Shown: positions 62,381 through 64,000 of the stretch, piece by piece
Numbering within the stretch: position 1 is the stretch's first letter
Layout: every line of letters begins with the position of its first letter
Program-made: the position numbers and the translations under genes
Notes under the pieces: model-generated
Databases searched by the model: none
Told to the model about the DNA's origin: nothing
The model's input: the letters and a program-made list of their open reading frames with translations, nothing else
DNA from: Vulcanimicrobiota bacterium
Lineage (GTDB): Bacteria > Vulcanimicrobiota > Vulcanimicrobiia > Vulcanimicrobiales > Vulcanimicrobiaceae
Reading direction: 5' to 3'
DNA: 64,000 nucleotides
Assembly (NCBI GenBank): GCA_963714015.1
Contig: OY970223.1
Span: 928,001-992,000, forward strand

Positions 62381-62860
62381 ATGCCGCTGCGTATGCGCAC
62401 GCCGCTCCCATCGCTGGACGGCGCTGTTGAATGGATCGATGACCGTCCCTCCAGCGAAGATCTCCAGGGTAAACCGGTTCTGGTGCATTTTTGGTCGCTG
62501 ACGTGCTATCTCTGTCATGACGTCGCCGATCAGATCCGCGCGTGGCGAGAGAAGTACGAACCGCTGGGCTTGGTTTTCATAAGCGTGCACCAGCCGCGAT
62601 CGGAAGCAGAGCTCGACGTCGATGCGGTACGAGCGGATGCGCGAGAGGCCATGCGACTCACGCAGCCGATCGCCGTCGACAGCGAGCACGCAATCGTCGA
62701 TCGTTTCCAGAATCAGTTCGTGCCCGCGTACTATCTATTCGATCGTGCGCACCGGCTTCGGCACTTTCAAGCCGGTGACAAGGGATACGAGCGCATCACT
62801 GCAGCGATGGAACGCGTGCTGAGCGAAGCGCCCAACCCTCAGCTAGTGGCGCACGAATAG
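62381..62860 (+). CDS. TlpA/YkuV-like thiol-disulfide oxidoreductase
   Basis: PVLVHFWSLTCYLCH, SVHQPRSE, FQNQFVPAYY, LRHFQAG; adjacent to Prx as in Bacillus ykuUV. Confidence 0.88.
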   Translation: MPLRMRTPLPSLDGAVEWIDDRPSSEDLQGKPVLVHFWSLTCYLCHDVADQIRAWREKYEPLGLVFISVHQPRSEAELDVDAVRADAREAMRLTQPIAVDSEHAIVDRFQNQFVPAYYLFDRAHRLRHFQAGDKGYERITAAMERVLSEAPNPQLVAHE

Positions 62861-63686
62861 ACTCTGCGGACAACCGCCGACCGGGGTTGGCGTCGGAACG
62901 GGAACCGGGCCGCCTCCGCCGCCGAATCCCGGCGGTGGTCCGCCGCCATTTACGGGAGGCGGTCCGCCGATAATGGGCACCGACGGCGTATTCGATCCGT
63001 GTCCACCCAAGAACGCGACGAGCGGAATGAGCAGCAGCGGCCACAGACGCGCGTGATGTACGGGCGCCGGCGCCGTTGTCGTTGCAACACTTTGCACCGG
63101 AGCTGACTGCCGGCGGCGGCGTTGGAGGTAATCCAACGGCGGGCGCTTGTGCAACGGGAGGTGCAGGTGCGGCCGGTGTACCGGGCGGTGCGGTTGAAGC
63201 GGCTTCGACCATCGTATGCCGCCGCGGATGCGCCGCTTGTGCAACGACGGGCAGCGCTCTGCGCAACAAGGCCAAATTACCGCACCGGGCCGGAACGAAG
63301 AGCGCCAATACACGATGCCCTTCCTGGAGATCGACTTCCCACCCCTTGGTGTCCGGCGGGATGATCACGTCATTGAGCGCGTAGACGTTTCCGCCGCCGG
63401 CCCATGTCATCGCGTCGAGATGGCGCGGTAACGTGACGTAAGCAACCCGCCGCGCCGCGATGCGCTGCGCAAATTGCGCGTATTCCTTGGGCGTCAGCCC
63501 GATTCGATCGCCTGCCGCTCGAAACGTTGCATCATAGTGCGCAACGTCGTGCTGCAGTTGACTGGTTGAATCGATCCTTCCGATCACGGGAGCGTTTCCG
63601 AGCTGTGCAATGACGTGCGGTTGCGCGAGCGTTTGGACCGGGATTGCGGTGGTAATAATTAGCGCCACCAAACTTCGCAGTTTCAC
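62843..63686 (-). CDS. Exported hypothetical protein with Pro/Gly-rich tail (frameshift near 63100)
   Basis: GGAGG RBS, signal peptide, globular domain ending FVPARCGN, Pro-rich linker, hydrophobic LWPLLLIPLVAFL. Confidence 0.6.
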
Positions 63687-64000
63687 GAGCCGTCCTCCGA
63701 CTTTCTAAGGACGAAGTTACCCTTGCTCGCTATGGGCGCGTATAGGCATTTCTGCACCTTGTGCGGTCCTAATACACGGACTGCATGGCCCCCGGCAGGT
63801 TTCCAAATGTCCCATTCTAGGCCGCACGCCCGCATGTTACCGTTGGAACACTCGACGGGCATCGATGAAACGTAACCCGGCGGGCCGTTGTCCCCGCGGC
63901 AATTCCGCGGCGGCTTTCCCCAAGGCCGGTGCGGCGCGGATGCGCGCAGAGCGGCGACGACGTGTGGGCAGAGAGGCCGGCGGTGCGCACCGCCGGCTTG

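Noticed and set aside
63700..64000. Structured RNA at the window end
   Set aside because: GC-rich hairpins are present but no recognisable RNA family, and the context is truncated

Overview
High-GC bacterial chromosomal window from a diderm organism. The TonB-dependent receptor style, Vgb-like lipoprotein and PDZ/GAF membrane protein suggest Ca. Eremiobacterota/Vulcanimicrobiota, but that is inference only. Left arm (1-14.5 kb): housekeeping genes ccsA/resB, tatCA, polyprenyl synthase, menG, PLD-like protein, S9 peptidase, tatD, GGDEF, metG and rsmI, plus a small glutaredoxin-like gene that looks like a C-terminal selenoprotein with a SECIS-like hairpin. Centre (14.6-48.2 kb): two diverged, co-oriented Tad/Flp pilus loci in tandem. 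Each has a divergent promoter with a conserved 11-bp-periodic heptamer array, a fused TadZ(CpaE)-TadA(CpaF) gene, Cys-rich pseudopilins, a nearby membrane-anchored Ig-like protein and an identical mature major pilin. Two compact NTPase-wHTH-BTAD regulators and four GT-C-like membrane glycosyltransferases are interspersed. Right arm (48.2-64 kb): ABC-2 transporter, aminopeptidase P, nadCA, an output-less PDZ/GAF sensor, an XRE module, a TonB-dependent receptor and a peroxiredoxin/redoxin pair. Many genes carry single-base frameshifts that are most likely long-read assembly errors, so several coordinates are reconstructed by hand. No rRNA, tRNA, CRISPR array or transposase was recognised.
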